Virus record (IMG/VR): IMGVR_UViG_3300032224_001676
Span: 63,787-127,786 of that record
Origin: a virus
Direction: 5' to 3' (one strand)
Length of the DNA stretch: 64,000 nt
Below, piece by piece: positions 10,172 to 20,328 of this stretch (the first letter of the stretch is position 1; the number at the start of each line of letters is the position of its first letter). Position numbers and translations under genes: made by a program. Below the pieces are notes generated by a model. It did not search any database. It was not told the origin of the DNA and saw nothing but the letters and a program-made list of their open reading frames with translations.

Positions 10172-12622
10172 TTAAGCCATGTTAGTATTATACATAACAT
10201 TATTAGTTGTATTTACAGCATTTGTAACTGTTCGGTTTTGGCCTATTTTTTCACCATCTAATTCTACCGATACATTCATTGATCTAATAGCTGCTACTAC
10301 ACTATCAAATTTAGCATTAAATGAGTCTATTAATTGTTTATTACTAACACCTCCTTCAGATGCAGCATTAACTTTATTTAAAGGTGTTATAGTAGCGCCT
10401 GGCCTTTCGGTTCTAATTTCAGGTCCATTTTCTCCTACCATCACTGCTCCTGCTCCTACAACTGTTCCTCCACTTGCTAAACCAGGTGTTGGTTTTGAGG
10501 TATTTGAAGATTTAAATGTATTTTTGATAGATTCAATATTTTGGCCTGATGCTGTATTTTTAAATTCGGTTCCCATTAAAGACTGAACTCCGGATACTAT
10601 CCAGTGAAGAGGATCAGCTAAAGCAACGATATTTAACAATAATTTAAGTAATTGTCCTACAAATCCTACTATAGGTCCTACAACTTTAAGAATACCAGCA
10701 AACGCGTCTACTATAGGCATAAGTGATTCCATTACTGATACTAAAATTTCTTTAAATTTTTCAGTTGTGTCATTCCATCTTTCTTGAGCTGATTGAGATT
10801 GGAATTGTTGTGCTAATTTTTCATCACCTAATTTTTTTATAGCTCCTTCGACACCATATTGCTTAACTAATTCATCATATTTCTTTTTAGCTTCTTCAGT
10901 ATTCTTTGCTCCTACATTTTTTAAAGCTTCTTGGTTCATCAACATTTCAGCCATTTCATCTTTTTGCATACCCATTGATTTGGCTATCGCATCTTGTTGA
11001 AGACGATTCATGTTTTGGAATTTAGAAGCTGTTATATTTTGAGCTGCTAATTCTCTAGCAAACCCAACCATATCATTATTTAAGTATGCTAATCTAGCAC
11101 CCTCTAAATTTAATTGTTCGCCTGTTAACAATTGAGCTTCTAATTCGGCAGATATTGAGTCTTCGAATTGTAATAATGATTCTCCGGCTTTTTCTAATTT
11201 ATCTAAAGATGTACCTAATTTAGCAGCTTCGTACCCCGCTTTCATAAATTCTTTAGGCATATTAGCGTAAGTAAGAAGTAATGTTTTTGAAGATTTCATT
11301 AAATCCTCAAATAATTTTTTCTCATTAATAGCTGTGTCATTTTGCATATTTAAAGCTACAGCTTGGCCTTGCATTAATGCTAAATTTTCAGATATATCTC
11401 CTTTAGTAGCTAGATTAATTCTAGAAAACTCATCCATAGCTTCCGCTGAGTATTTAGCTTGGTGGGTTATTTGAGCGTAATCGACATTCATTTCGGCAGA
11501 TAACATAGCATTAGTACCTAATACTTTATTTATAGCCATGTTAGCTTCTTGAATTTTCTTAGTACTAACAGAGGTAGCCATTGATAGATTAGCTTGAGTA
11601 TTCATCTCATCACTAAGACGAGCTGCTTCAGCGTAGCTAATACCAAATTCTCCAGCCATATCACCTATGGCTTTATCAACTTCCTTAAATGTTTTTTTAA
11701 GTTCTTCTATTACTTCTCCAATTTTCTCAATAGCCATCGCTAAAAGCATACCCTCAGGTCCTGCGGCTGATAGCATTGAGGACATTCCTCCGCCACCTCC
11801 GCCGCCTCCCATCATTCCACCAATTCCTCCACCTCCGCCTCCTGGGGGTGGGGGTGGTGTACCAGCACCACCTGGAGGGGTAAATGCTGATCCTTTATAT
11901 GAATTAGAACCCGCTAGTCGTTTGGTTATAGCTTGACCTATTTCTCCTTTTCCAAATAAGGCACTTAATGCTTTAAATTTACCTTCAAAAGCTCTGGTTC
12001 CTTTAGCAGCGTTATTTAATTCACCATCTATATCACCAATAAGTTCTTTTGACTCTTTTTCTTGATCAAGAAGAATTTTATTTTGAGTTTCGATATCTTT
12101 TTTAGTAGCTAAAATTTCTTGATATCGTTTTCTTTCTTCACCTGCAGTTTGGTTAAATTTTCTTCCGTTAAGGATACCTTTTAGTTCACTATCTAATCCT
12201 TGGGCTCTAAGTTGATTTAATCTTAATGAATCAGTTATACGTTGCTTATGTAAAGCCGCTTGTTTTTGAAGTTCTTTAATTTCTTGTCCGGAAAGATCAA
12301 TATCTCCTTTTTTAAATTTAATAAGATCTCTAGCTATGTCAGTTAATCCACGATATGCTTTAGATGTTTCTTTAATAGCATTTGGTCCTTTTTTTAACTC
12401 GGACATAGCGTCACGAAGGCCACTTAATGAATCACTTATTGACTCATTAAATTTATCATACTCTCTAGTAATATCTTTAAGACCAGCTGTTAATATAGCT
12501 ATAATTTCTTCTACTTTATTAGTATTGAAATTTCTAGCATTAAATGGGTTCTTTTTCCCTAAAGCATCATACTTTTCTTCTATCTGTTTTAACAGTTCGT
12601 CTATTTCTTTCTTACCAGCCAT
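10172..12622 (-). CDS. Tail tape measure protein
   Basis: 816-aa helical A/K/E-rich protein with a hydrophobic segment (VDAFAGILKVVGPIVGFVGQLLKLLL) and GLASGG...MVGENGPE near the C-terminus; follows the tube and chaperone genes. Confidence 0.8.
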   Translation of the reverse strand: MAGKKEIDELLKQIEEKYDALGKKNPFNARNFNTNKVEEIIAILTAGLKDITREYDKFNESISDSLSGLRDAMSELKKGPNAIKETSKAYRGLTDIARDLIKFKKGDIDLSGQEIKELQKQAALHKQRITDSLRLNQLRAQGLDSELKGILNGRKFNQTAGEERKRYQEILATKKDIETQNKILLDQEKESKELIGDIDGELNNAAKGTRAFEGKFKALSALFGKGEIGQAITKRLAGSNSYKGSAFTPPGGAGTPPPPPGGGGGGIGGMMGGGGGGGGMSSMLSAAGPEGMLLAMAIEKIGEVIEELKKTFKEVDKAIGDMAGEFGISYAEAARLSDEMNTQANLSMATSVSTKKIQEANMAINKVLGTNAMLSAEMNVDYAQITHQAKYSAEAMDEFSRINLATKGDISENLALMQGQAVALNMQNDTAINEKKLFEDLMKSSKTLLLTYANMPKEFMKAGYEAAKLGTSLDKLEKAGESLLQFEDSISAELEAQLLTGEQLNLEGARLAYLNNDMVGFARELAAQNITASKFQNMNRLQQDAIAKSMGMQKDEMAEMLMNQEALKNVGAKNTEEAKKKYDELVKQYGVEGAIKKLGDEKLAQQFQSQSAQERWNDTTEKFKEILVSVMESLMPIVDAFAGILKVVGPIVGFVGQLLKLLLNIVALADPLHWIVSGVQSLMGTEFKNTASGQNIESIKNTFKSSNTSKPTPGLASGGTVVGAGAVMVGENGPEIRTERPGATITPLNKVNAASEGGVSNKQLIDSFNAKFDSVVAAIRSMNVSVELDGEKIGQNRTVTNAVNTTNNVMYNTNMA

Positions 12623-12659
12623 AAAGTAGATTTGTTATAAATATTTAATTCTTAAATTT

Positions 12660-12974
12660 TTATTTATAACTTGGGGCTTTTTGAGGAGCAATTGGTTTAG
12701 GTATGCTATTTTTATCAACTAGAATATTACCCTGAGAGTCCATTACTGTTGTAGTATTGGGTTTATTTACTTTAGATACTCTATCCCGTTCATTATCATG
12801 GAATTTTTGGATTTCACTAAATGTGAAGTTTCTTAGCCAAACAGGCATATTATAGACTGTTTCCCATGAGTATCCACCATTACCATGAAATACTATTTCA
12901 TGTATTTGTTTAAAAACGTTAAATCGAGCTTCAGAAGTATTACTCGTAGTCAGGCCAAAAAAAGTTAAGTCCAA
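12660..12974 (-). CDS. gp51-like tail/baseplate assembly chaperone; possibly made only as a recoded fusion
   Basis: FHGNGGYSWETVYNMPVWLRNF; only a TTG start, overlapping the upstream gene in the +1 frame. Confidence 0.6.
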   Translation of the reverse strand: MDLTFFGLTTSNTSEARFNVFKQIHEIVFHGNGGYSWETVYNMPVWLRNFTFSEIQKFHDNERDRVSKVNKPNTTTVMDSQGNILVDKNSIPKPIAPQKAPSYK

Positions 12975-13674
12975 TTGGAATGGAAATCGATTCGTTACTT
13001 CCGAGGGGAAAAAAAGTTAGATCTACATCTGGTTGAATTGTTTTAATATGATCTCTTAATGCTCGAGAATCTCGAGCTAATAAAGCCGTATCGACATATT
13101 CTCGTATAGTTTTAGTATCTCTATCTCCGTTAACAGATGTAATAATATATTTCATGCGAGTAGATAACTCAGCTGAGATATTTGAGTTAATTTTCTTTAA
13201 ACCATTGATTTCTGCTTCAATTTTCTTTTCCTCATGTCCCGTTAATAATCTGAATGTGATTGGGGTTTGAGAAGCAGGTAATATATAAGAGAATTCATTA
13301 ACACCAGGTGTAAATAATGTTTCATCGATAATTTTATTATCTAGTGTAGACAAATCTACTTCATGATGTTCGTTGTTATATTTAAATTTATAGTCCTTGC
13401 CGTATCCTAAAACACGAGAAGCAACCATAACAGCGTTTTTATCGCCTACTATCAAGTCATCATAATTTATCTTAGATACAATGAGCGAAGTCATTAATTT
13501 ATCTAAAACAATTCCTTTTTGAATATATGATTGATTAGTTAGAATATCTTCTTCTTTAGCAGTCATATACTTCATTTCTATTTTACCGCTTGAAAGTGGG
13601 TTATCTTTAGGATACACTAAACCTTTAGAAGGCAATTCAACAATTTCTGTTGGGACGTTAATTTTATTTTCCAT
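12940..13674 (-). CDS. T4 gp26-like baseplate hub / tail assembly chaperone
   Basis: VELPSKG...MTAKEEDILT...IPIGLNFFWPD; lies between the tube and tape measure genes. Confidence 0.75.
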   Translation of the reverse strand: MENKINVPTEIVELPSKGLVYPKDNPLSSGKIEMKYMTAKEEDILTNQSYIQKGIVLDKLMTSLIVSKINYDDLIVGDKNAVMVASRVLGYGKDYKFKYNNEHHEVDLSTLDNKIIDETLFTPGVNEFSYILPASQTPITFRLLTGHEEKKIEAEINGLKKINSNISAELSTRMKYIITSVNGDRDTKTIREYVDTALLARDSRALRDHIKTIQPDVDLTFFPLGSNESISIPIGLNFFWPDYE

Positions 13675-13721
13675 GATCTTTATTTAATTATAACATTATT
13701 ATCATATATAAATATATAAAG

Positions 13722-13748
13722 AAAAAAAAAGCTCAACAAAAGTTGAGC
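13722..13748 (-). terminator. Intrinsic terminator after the tail tube gene
   Basis: Minus strand GCTCAAC-TTTT-GTTGAGC followed by T9. Confidence 0.8.
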
Positions 13749-13770
13749 CTCTTTTAAATTATTTTTACTA

Positions 13771-14259
13771 TTAGTAGTTCAATACGCAATAATCCATACC
13801 TACGACCATTGAGATATTTTGAGCTACAGATTCATTATCATAGTTGTAATCTCCAAAGTTAGCAGATTTAATAAATGCTCCTTTGATAATCCATTCACTC
13901 ACTACATCACCTACAGGACCTAGGATATCAATGGTTAAATCTTTTTTATAGAAATCTGAATACCCATCTCTACCTGTTACTGATTCGTGGTGTAGACGTA
14001 CCCATTCCATTACTGCCTGAGCACCTGATGGTGTTACTGGGTCGAATAATGTTAATGTGATATCGCTCCATTTTGATTTACCTTTTACTTTACGATAAAT
14101 GTTTATATGGTTTAAAACTACTTCATCAGCGGTATATTCAACACCTGTTACTCCTTTGATTATATAACTTGGAAAACCATCTACATAAAGGATAAATCTG
14201 TTCTGCTGTTTGGGTTCAAACGCTGTAAAAAATATTTCGTTTGCATCTAAAATTGCCAT
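13771..14259 (-). CDS. Tail tube protein (gp19-like)
   Basis: FEPKQQNRFIL...KWSDITLTLFDP...AVMEW...YKKDLTIDILGPVGDVVSEWIIKGAF; directly after the sheath gene. Confidence 0.9.
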   Translation of the reverse strand: MAILDANEIFFTAFEPKQQNRFILYVDGFPSYIIKGVTGVEYTADEVVLNHINIYRKVKGKSKWSDITLTLFDPVTPSGAQAVMEWVRLHHESVTGRDGYSDFYKKDLTIDILGPVGDVVSEWIIKGAFIKSANFGDYNYDNESVAQNISMVVGMDYCVLNY

Positions 14260-14305
14260 GTTTCTATTGTATTTTATTTATTATACATATTTATTTTTTC
14301 AACTC

Positions 14306-16381
14306 TTACGCTGGGAAAGTAGCTCCGGTTGGGGTAATGTTGAAATCTAAGTAAATAAATTCAGCGGTTTTAGTTGGTTGTAAATAAATTTGACCTACTA
14401 ATTGGTTTCTATCTACTACATCTGCTGTATTATTTGTATCATCCATCACTACTTTAAATGCATACAATCCTTGACGTTGTTGAACACTTTCTAAGTATGG
14501 GTTAACTACTGCTAAGAAGCTATTTCTTGTGGCTGCTGTGTTTTGTTCAAACACTAAGTTTTGGGCTACTTGAGAAATATAGGCTTTAAGAGCAATTAAC
14601 AAGCGACGAACATTTACACGATCTAAAGCTGATGCTCTTGTTTGTAATGTCTTTTGACCGTATACTACTACTCCAGTTGAAGGGAATGTAGCGATTGGGT
14701 TTACTTTTCCATTATATAAAGTATCACGATATGATTGTGGTAACTTTTGTTCAGCTCTTACTACTTGTAATCCACCACGATTGATACCTGCTGGTGCAAA
14801 CCAAGGTTCTGATATGTTATCTGTGTAAGCATATACTCCACCAATTACAGTTGAAGCTGGTACCCAAACCATGTCTCCGGTATCTGGGTCAAATACTAGA
14901 GTCCAAGGCCAGTATGTTGAAGCATATGAAGTATTTCTACTTGTAGCTTGAGCTACAACTGCGTTCACATTTGATCCGTAAGGAACCATATCTACTACAT
15001 AGATATTATCTCCTCTGTTTTGAGTATTTGTAATAATACTTGTTATTTGTGAAGAATGTAATGAATTAACTAAACCAGGGGTCATTAATACGTTAAATAT
15101 ATAATCATCTTGATTTGATAATAAGTTAATCATATTGTCATAATCAGATCCTACTAATCCTTGTGTATTAGTTGAATTGATATCACTATAGAAATTAGCT
15201 CCACCCATTATATGACCTAAAGCTCCACCAAATACTCCTTCAGAGTCTATTGGAAGATAATCAGCATATTGTGGTTTTGGTGAACCTGCGTTATCAAAAT
15301 AATTTGGTGTTAAATAATTAACAGCACTTACTCTTACATATTGAGATGCGTTAGAATAGAATCCAGTTAATTCAATTTGGTTAGTTGTTGGGTTATATAC
15401 TTCAACCTGGTCACCTAATACTTTAGCTACGAAGTTTCCTTGAGTTGGGTCTAATGATAAACCAGTCCAAGTTTCTAATACAATCTGATCATTAGTTGTA
15501 TCATCACCTCTTCTTATTAATAAGTCGAATGTTCCAGCGTCAACGTCTGAGTTTAAGATTTCCCATCTAACGTTGTTTGAAGATCCGCTAGCTAATGCTC
15601 CGTAAGCATCAATTGGACCATCACTATTCATAATTGTACCTTCAGAAAGTGTTTCTAATACGAATGGTACTGAACCAACTCCTGTAACTCCTCCTCCAAT
15701 TGTTAAAATATTTGAGAAAGTAGTTCCTGAACCTGAAAGAACAACTGTTCCATTGTATGCTGAGGATGATACTGATGAAGAGAAAATTAATCCGCCTGAT
15801 CCTGAAGTTACTGTGAAATAGTCACCTAAAGTTGTATTTAATACTGCTGCTAAGTTAGTTGCAGTTGCTGCAAGATTAGATCCGCTAGCAAAATAATATA
15901 ATTGTCCATCAACATCATCAGCTGGTGTTCCTAATGTAGCGGTAGAAATATATCTATATAAACCAAAACTTCCTGTTACTCTAACTTCTCCAGATCCGAT
16001 TGCTAAGTTATTAACTATATTCACATGGCCTGTAGCAAATGCTCCTGGGAGTGATGGTTCAGAGTTAATAATTCCAGAACTAGTTGCTGGGGAATAATTA
16101 CCGTTTACTACTCGAGCAACTAATAATGAAACTCCTCCATTGTTAAAATAATTGTAAGCTGCTATAGAAGTAAAGTAAGTATAAGTATCACTACCACTAA
16201 TCAATACGGTTCCAAATTTATTTTTGAAATCACTATATGAACTAACTAATGTAGGTATATTTACAGGTCCTTTAACTGTAGGGCCAATAATTGCGGCTCC
16301 AGCAGCAATAGGTTGGCGAGAAACAAATGAAGAATCATTTTCTCTCGCTAATACTCCTGGGGATATTAAGGTTTCTGCCAT
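14306..16381 (-). CDS. Contractile tail sheath protein (gp18-like)
   Basis: ISPGVLAREND at the N-terminus; PWFAPAGINRG, YGQKTLQ, LDRVNVRRLL, FEQN, QPTKTAEFI at the C-terminus. Confidence 0.95.
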   Translation of the reverse strand: MAETLISPGVLARENDSSFVSRQPIAAGAAIIGPTVKGPVNIPTLVSSYSDFKNKFGTVLISGSDTYTYFTSIAAYNYFNNGGVSLLVARVVNGNYSPATSSGIINSEPSLPGAFATGHVNIVNNLAIGSGEVRVTGSFGLYRYISTATLGTPADDVDGQLYYFASGSNLAATATNLAAVLNTTLGDYFTVTSGSGGLIFSSSVSSSAYNGTVVLSGSGTTFSNILTIGGGVTGVGSVPFVLETLSEGTIMNSDGPIDAYGALASGSSNNVRWEILNSDVDAGTFDLLIRRGDDTTNDQIVLETWTGLSLDPTQGNFVAKVLGDQVEVYNPTTNQIELTGFYSNASQYVRVSAVNYLTPNYFDNAGSPKPQYADYLPIDSEGVFGGALGHIMGGANFYSDINSTNTQGLVGSDYDNMINLLSNQDDYIFNVLMTPGLVNSLHSSQITSIITNTQNRGDNIYVVDMVPYGSNVNAVVAQATSRNTSYASTYWPWTLVFDPDTGDMVWVPASTVIGGVYAYTDNISEPWFAPAGINRGGLQVVRAEQKLPQSYRDTLYNGKVNPIATFPSTGVVVYGQKTLQTRASALDRVNVRRLLIALKAYISQVAQNLVFEQNTAATRNSFLAVVNPYLESVQQRQGLYAFKVVMDDTNNTADVVDRNQLVGQIYLQPTKTAEFIYLDFNITPTGATFPA

Positions 16382-16431
16382 GTGATGTTGTTATTTAATT
16401 TTGTTATAAATATCAAAGGAGGGTGTAAAAG

Positions 16432-16683
16432 TTAATTAGAACTAATAAATTCTCCTTTTTCTAAATCAATAGTTCCATCACCATATTTTTCTTGAAGTTG
16501 TTTTCCTAAACTAGATTCTGATTCTATTTGTTTTTGGATTTCAGCTTTAAGAGTTTGTTTGTCTAATTCTAACATTTGCATTTTATATTCTATAATGCCT
16601 AGATTTTGAATTAGTTCATTTTGTTTGGCTTGGATTGATTTTAATACTTCAATTTCTTCTGGGGTTAAAACTTTAGTTGTCAT
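16432..16683 (-). CDS. Small coiled-coil protein (possible fibre chaperone)
   Basis: 83-aa heptad-rich ORF ending KYGDGTIDLEKGEF. Confidence 0.6.
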   Translation of the reverse strand: MTTKVLTPEEIEVLKSIQAKQNELIQNLGIIEYKMQMLELDKQTLKAEIQKQIESESSLGKQLQEKYGDGTIDLEKGEFISSN

Positions 16684-16704
16684 AGATTTATTTTATCATA
16701 AATA

Positions 16705-18894
16705 TTAAGCTAGAGATGCAGATCTCCAAGCTCCTCCAATATAAGTGTATATGAAATATGATCCTCCATTTTTAGCGGGTACCATTTCTCCTTCTTTACC
16801 TGCCCATGTTGGTGCGGCGCTTTGAGTTGCTACTACAATAGAAGAACTTAATGTTACTTTAAAAGCATCTTTTCCACTACCTAATGCGGTTCCAAATCCT
16901 ACAATAAATGGGCTAGTAGTATCTCCAGGGGCGTTAAATGTACCTACTACAGTTTGATATGATCCAGACGCTATTGTACCTCTGCCTCCAGCATGAGAAT
17001 AAATACCTAACGCTATTGTATTAGAACCTTCAGCGTGTGAGTAATTACCTATAGCTGTAGTTCCTGATCCTTCAGTGTGTGATGAGATTCCTATAGCTGT
17101 TGTTTGAGTTCCTTCTGCGTGCGAGTATGAGTTTGACGCTATTGTTTGGTATCCTTCTGTGTGTGATCCAAATCCAATTGCTTGTGTTCTATAATTTTCA
17201 GCATGTGAATAATCACCAGAAGCTGTTACTTCAACACCTTCAGCGTGTGATGCTATTCCAATTGATAAAGTTCCTGAACCCTCAGCGTGTGAGTAAATAC
17301 CTTTTGCTGTTGTAGATGTTCCTTCAGTATGGGAGTGTGAGCCTGATGCTATTGTTTGGTATCCTTCAGCGTGTGAGTACGCTCCAATTGTTGTTGTCTG
17401 TCGACCTTCAGCATGTGACCATGATCCAGATGAGAGTGTGAAATAACCTTCAGCGTGTGATTTTTCACCTATAGATGTTGTTCCATTTCCTTCAGCATGA
17501 GAGTGCATACCTACAGCAACAGTATAATAACCTTCAGCATGTGATGCTATTCCAATTGCTTGTCCATAGTTTCCTTCAGCGTGTGAATAGTCACCTTTAG
17601 AAGTAGAGTTTTGACCTTCAGCATGTGAAGAATATCCTATAGCTTGTGTTCCTGTACCTTCGGTGTGTGAGAAAGAACCTGATGATTTAGTTTGGTTGCC
17701 CTCAGCATGTGAGTAATTTCCTATAGCGACTGTGATGTATCCTTCAGTGTGTGACCAATCCCCAAATGCTGTAGTTATGTATCCTTCAGTATGAGATGCT
17801 AAACCTAATGATATATTACCTTGTCCTTCAGTATGTGAATATGAACCTGAAGATATATTTTGTGAACCAGTAATATCATTATAAGATGATTGTAATGCTG
17901 GGGAAAGAGTGAATGTACTTCTATTGTTTCCAGCACTATATGAAATATTTGTTATTATAGGAAGGGTAGTATAATAATGAGTATTTACAACAAATGCATA
18001 TGATGGATTTTCTAAGTAAAGATATTCCATAGTGTATGGAACTGTATTACCTGAGTAGTCACCGGTTACTACTAATGTTGTTGTTGATAATGAAACTACA
18101 GGTCCTGCGTATTCCTCATATTCAATATTAGTAACTGAGGATGGGGTGATAGTGCCTGTTCCTATAATAAATGAAACACCTTCAACATGAGAATTAAATC
18201 CTTTTGATGTGGTAAAATAACCTTCAGCATGTGAACTAACGCCTATTGCTGTTGAATATTGACCTTCAGCATGAGATCCATTTGACGCTGCTTTTGTTTG
18301 TGAACCTTCAGCATGTGAGAATTGACCAACTGCTACAGTGTTATTTCCTTCAGCGTGTGAGTATTGACCTCCAGCAGTGCTAATATTACCTTCAGCATGT
18401 GAATATTGTCCTTGAGATACATTTGAATATCCTTCAGCGTGTGAATATGAACCAGATGTATTATTATTTAATCCTTGAGATAAACTTCCTGTAATTTGAG
18501 CGTTACCATTATGGGTTCCATCCCATTCTCCTGTCACTCCTGTTAATCCACTACCGTTTCCTATAAATGAACCTGTAAAAGACCCAGTGGCAATTCCACC
18601 AAATGATCCAGTTATGTTTCCTGCTCCTGTAAATGAACCTGTAAATGAACCTGTAAATGTTCCTACAGACCCAGTCATATTTAATCCTATTACTGAGGTT
18701 ACTTGTGTAAAATCTACTAATGAACCCGATAGAACTAATGAACCTGATATTGAGTTCTCAGGGCCTAAAAGAGTATTTGCTAAAAAGATTAAATTGTTAT
18801 CCATTTCACTAATGGATATTTTTGCTCCTTTTAAATATACATCATTAGGTAAATTTCCTGATATTGAGCCTTGTCTTAATGTTAATATAGCCAT
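16705..18894 (-). CDS. Fibre/adhesin with YadA-head-like SHAEG repeats
   Basis: About 30 copies of a 14-aa (G)xxSH(A/T)EG repeat, interrupted by a non-repeat insert of about 100 aa. Confidence 0.8.
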   Translation of the reverse strand: MAILTLRQGSISGNLPNDVYLKGAKISISEMDNNLIFLANTLLGPENSISGSLVLSGSLVDFTQVTSVIGLNMTGSVGTFTGSFTGSFTGAGNITGSFGGIATGSFTGSFIGNGSGLTGVTGEWDGTHNGNAQITGSLSQGLNNNTSGSYSHAEGYSNVSQGQYSHAEGNISTAGGQYSHAEGNNTVAVGQFSHAEGSQTKAASNGSHAEGQYSTAIGVSSHAEGYFTTSKGFNSHVEGVSFIIGTGTITPSSVTNIEYEEYAGPVVSLSTTTLVVTGDYSGNTVPYTMEYLYLENPSYAFVVNTHYYTTLPIITNISYSAGNNRSTFTLSPALQSSYNDITGSQNISSGSYSHTEGQGNISLGLASHTEGYITTAFGDWSHTEGYITVAIGNYSHAEGNQTKSSGSFSHTEGTGTQAIGYSSHAEGQNSTSKGDYSHAEGNYGQAIGIASHAEGYYTVAVGMHSHAEGNGTTSIGEKSHAEGYFTLSSGSWSHAEGRQTTTIGAYSHAEGYQTIASGSHSHTEGTSTTAKGIYSHAEGSGTLSIGIASHAEGVEVTASGDYSHAENYRTQAIGFGSHTEGYQTIASNSYSHAEGTQTTAIGISSHTEGSGTTAIGNYSHAEGSNTIALGIYSHAGGRGTIASGSYQTVVGTFNAPGDTTSPFIVGFGTALGSGKDAFKVTLSSSIVVATQSAAPTWAGKEGEMVPAKNGGSYFIYTYIGGAWRSASLA

Positions 18895-18916
18895 GTTATA
18901 TGTTTAGTATAAATAT

Positions 18917-19819
18917 TTAAATTTGAGCACCTGGGGGTAGAAAATTTACACTTTCTATTGATGAAACTGCTTCACCGGTAAACGTTAATATGTTTTTATT
19001 AGAATATTTTTTAATTGAATTAAGATCTTTTTGTAGAATTTCAGGAACTATATATCCATTTATTTTTATGGTGAATGTACTTTTAGCTATACGTTCTGTA
19101 CCTTCTGTCATTTCTATATTAGTACTAAAAGTATCAATCATAGTTTTAAATTTAAAACGAGATAGATCACCCCAGTAAGCATCTGATGCGTATTCTATGG
19201 CTTCTACTATTTTATTTAATTGTTCCATATAGTAGGTAAATACAGCACATTCGTAAGTTATTGTTACGTAATCTGGGACTACAGTGACGTAATATACTTT
19301 TTCGGGTCTAATGTTATTTTGAACATTAAATTTATCATAAGCATTTTGAGTAGAATATGATTTTTGAGTAATAGCATAATTGTATGGAATATTAGCGTCT
19401 AATTTATTAGCTACACTTCTATTTTTTTCAACACTTTCTCTTTTAAACATTAAAAGTGGAGCCATTATTCTACCATTAGCATCTCTATAATAACCATCTT
19501 TTTGAAATGATTTCCAACGCTCAGGTGAACCATATATTATAGGTACAGGAAGTCTTTGTCCATTTTGTACTACAGTTGGGCTTATAACATTTTCAAAATA
19601 ATACATTACAGCCCAGTCTATATCTTCTAACCCGACTGAAAAAGGTTTTGTAGTATCGTCTTTAAATGATACTTGTTCTCCTCTATTTAAACCCTCAGCT
19701 TTATTTGGGTTGCCAATAGCTTGAAAACCCTCAGCACCTGGAGGTGGCTGGTATGGTCTCTGTTGAGAAATACTTATTTCTCTTTGAGTTTTAGGTATAG
19801 GTTTTCTTATTTCAGTCAT
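18917..19819 (-). CDS. Tail terminator / sheath stabiliser (gp15-like)
   Basis: VPIIYGSPERW...VPDYVTITYE...LNKIVE; follows the neck genes. Confidence 0.7.
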   Translation of the reverse strand: MTEIRKPIPKTQREISISQQRPYQPPPGAEGFQAIGNPNKAEGLNRGEQVSFKDDTTKPFSVGLEDIDWAVMYYFENVISPTVVQNGQRLPVPIIYGSPERWKSFQKDGYYRDANGRIMAPLLMFKRESVEKNRSVANKLDANIPYNYAITQKSYSTQNAYDKFNVQNNIRPEKVYYVTVVPDYVTITYECAVFTYYMEQLNKIVEAIEYASDAYWGDLSRFKFKTMIDTFSTNIEMTEGTERIAKSTFTIKINGYIVPEILQKDLNSIKKYSNKNILTFTGEAVSSIESVNFLPPGAQI

Positions 19820-20328
19820 TATAATCTAGTTTTTATCAAGTTAAGTCTATCAGCAGGCACATAGTGAGTTTGACATACTATAGATACGTCCCATCCAAAA
19901 TTACTTAATCCTGGGTTTAATGGATTAGGATTATATGGGTAGTCTGGGTTTTTACCCGCAAAGTATTGGATTTCGTTTGTGTTGTCTATTTCAAAATAAC
20001 TTTCTTGATATAGAATTATATCTCCAACTTCAGGGTGAGCATTAGCTTGAACTAAATCGTCTCTTAAAAATGCTACATCAATGCTCCATCCAAAATCTGC
20101 TCCAAATTCATTTATTGGAGTTGTATTGTCTTTTACTGTTATCAAAGAATTTAATAATACAGGGCCGTCATAAAATTTACCCCCTGCTGCTTCTCCATAC
20201 ATGTTAACAGTAGTTTTATCTAAAATAAATTTGTACAAGGCACATTGTTGAGTGATAACATCCCACAATAACTCGCGGTTAACGTGCCTAAACATTGATA
20301 TATCTCTTGCCGAGCCAAATATTGCCAT
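19819..20328 (-). CDS. Neck / head-closure protein (gp14-like)
   Basis: NMYGEA...PEVGDIILY...YFEID; position between gp13-like and gp15-like genes. Confidence 0.65.
   Translation of the reverse strand: MAIFGSARDISMFRHVNRELLWDVITQQCALYKFILDKTTVNMYGEAAGGKFYDGPVLLNSLITVKDNTTPINEFGADFGWSIDVAFLRDDLVQANAHPEVGDIILYQESYFEIDNTNEIQYFAGKNPDYPYNPNPLNPGLSNFGWDVSIVCQTHYVPADRLNLIKTRL

Noticed and set aside
11780-11885. GC-rich patch in the tape measure gene suggesting an insertion or RNA element
   Set aside because: It is explained by an in-frame poly-Pro/poly-Gly linker.
12957-13015. Canonical -1 frameshift at the U7 runs
   Set aside because: The -1 frame meets TAA or TGA within a few codons at both sites; only +1/-2 or a hop reaches the downstream ORF.
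17020-18450. Regular 42-nt-period repeat resembling a CRISPR array
   Set aside because: The repeats are in-frame SHAEG codons with synonymous variation inside a long ORF, and no cas genes are present.
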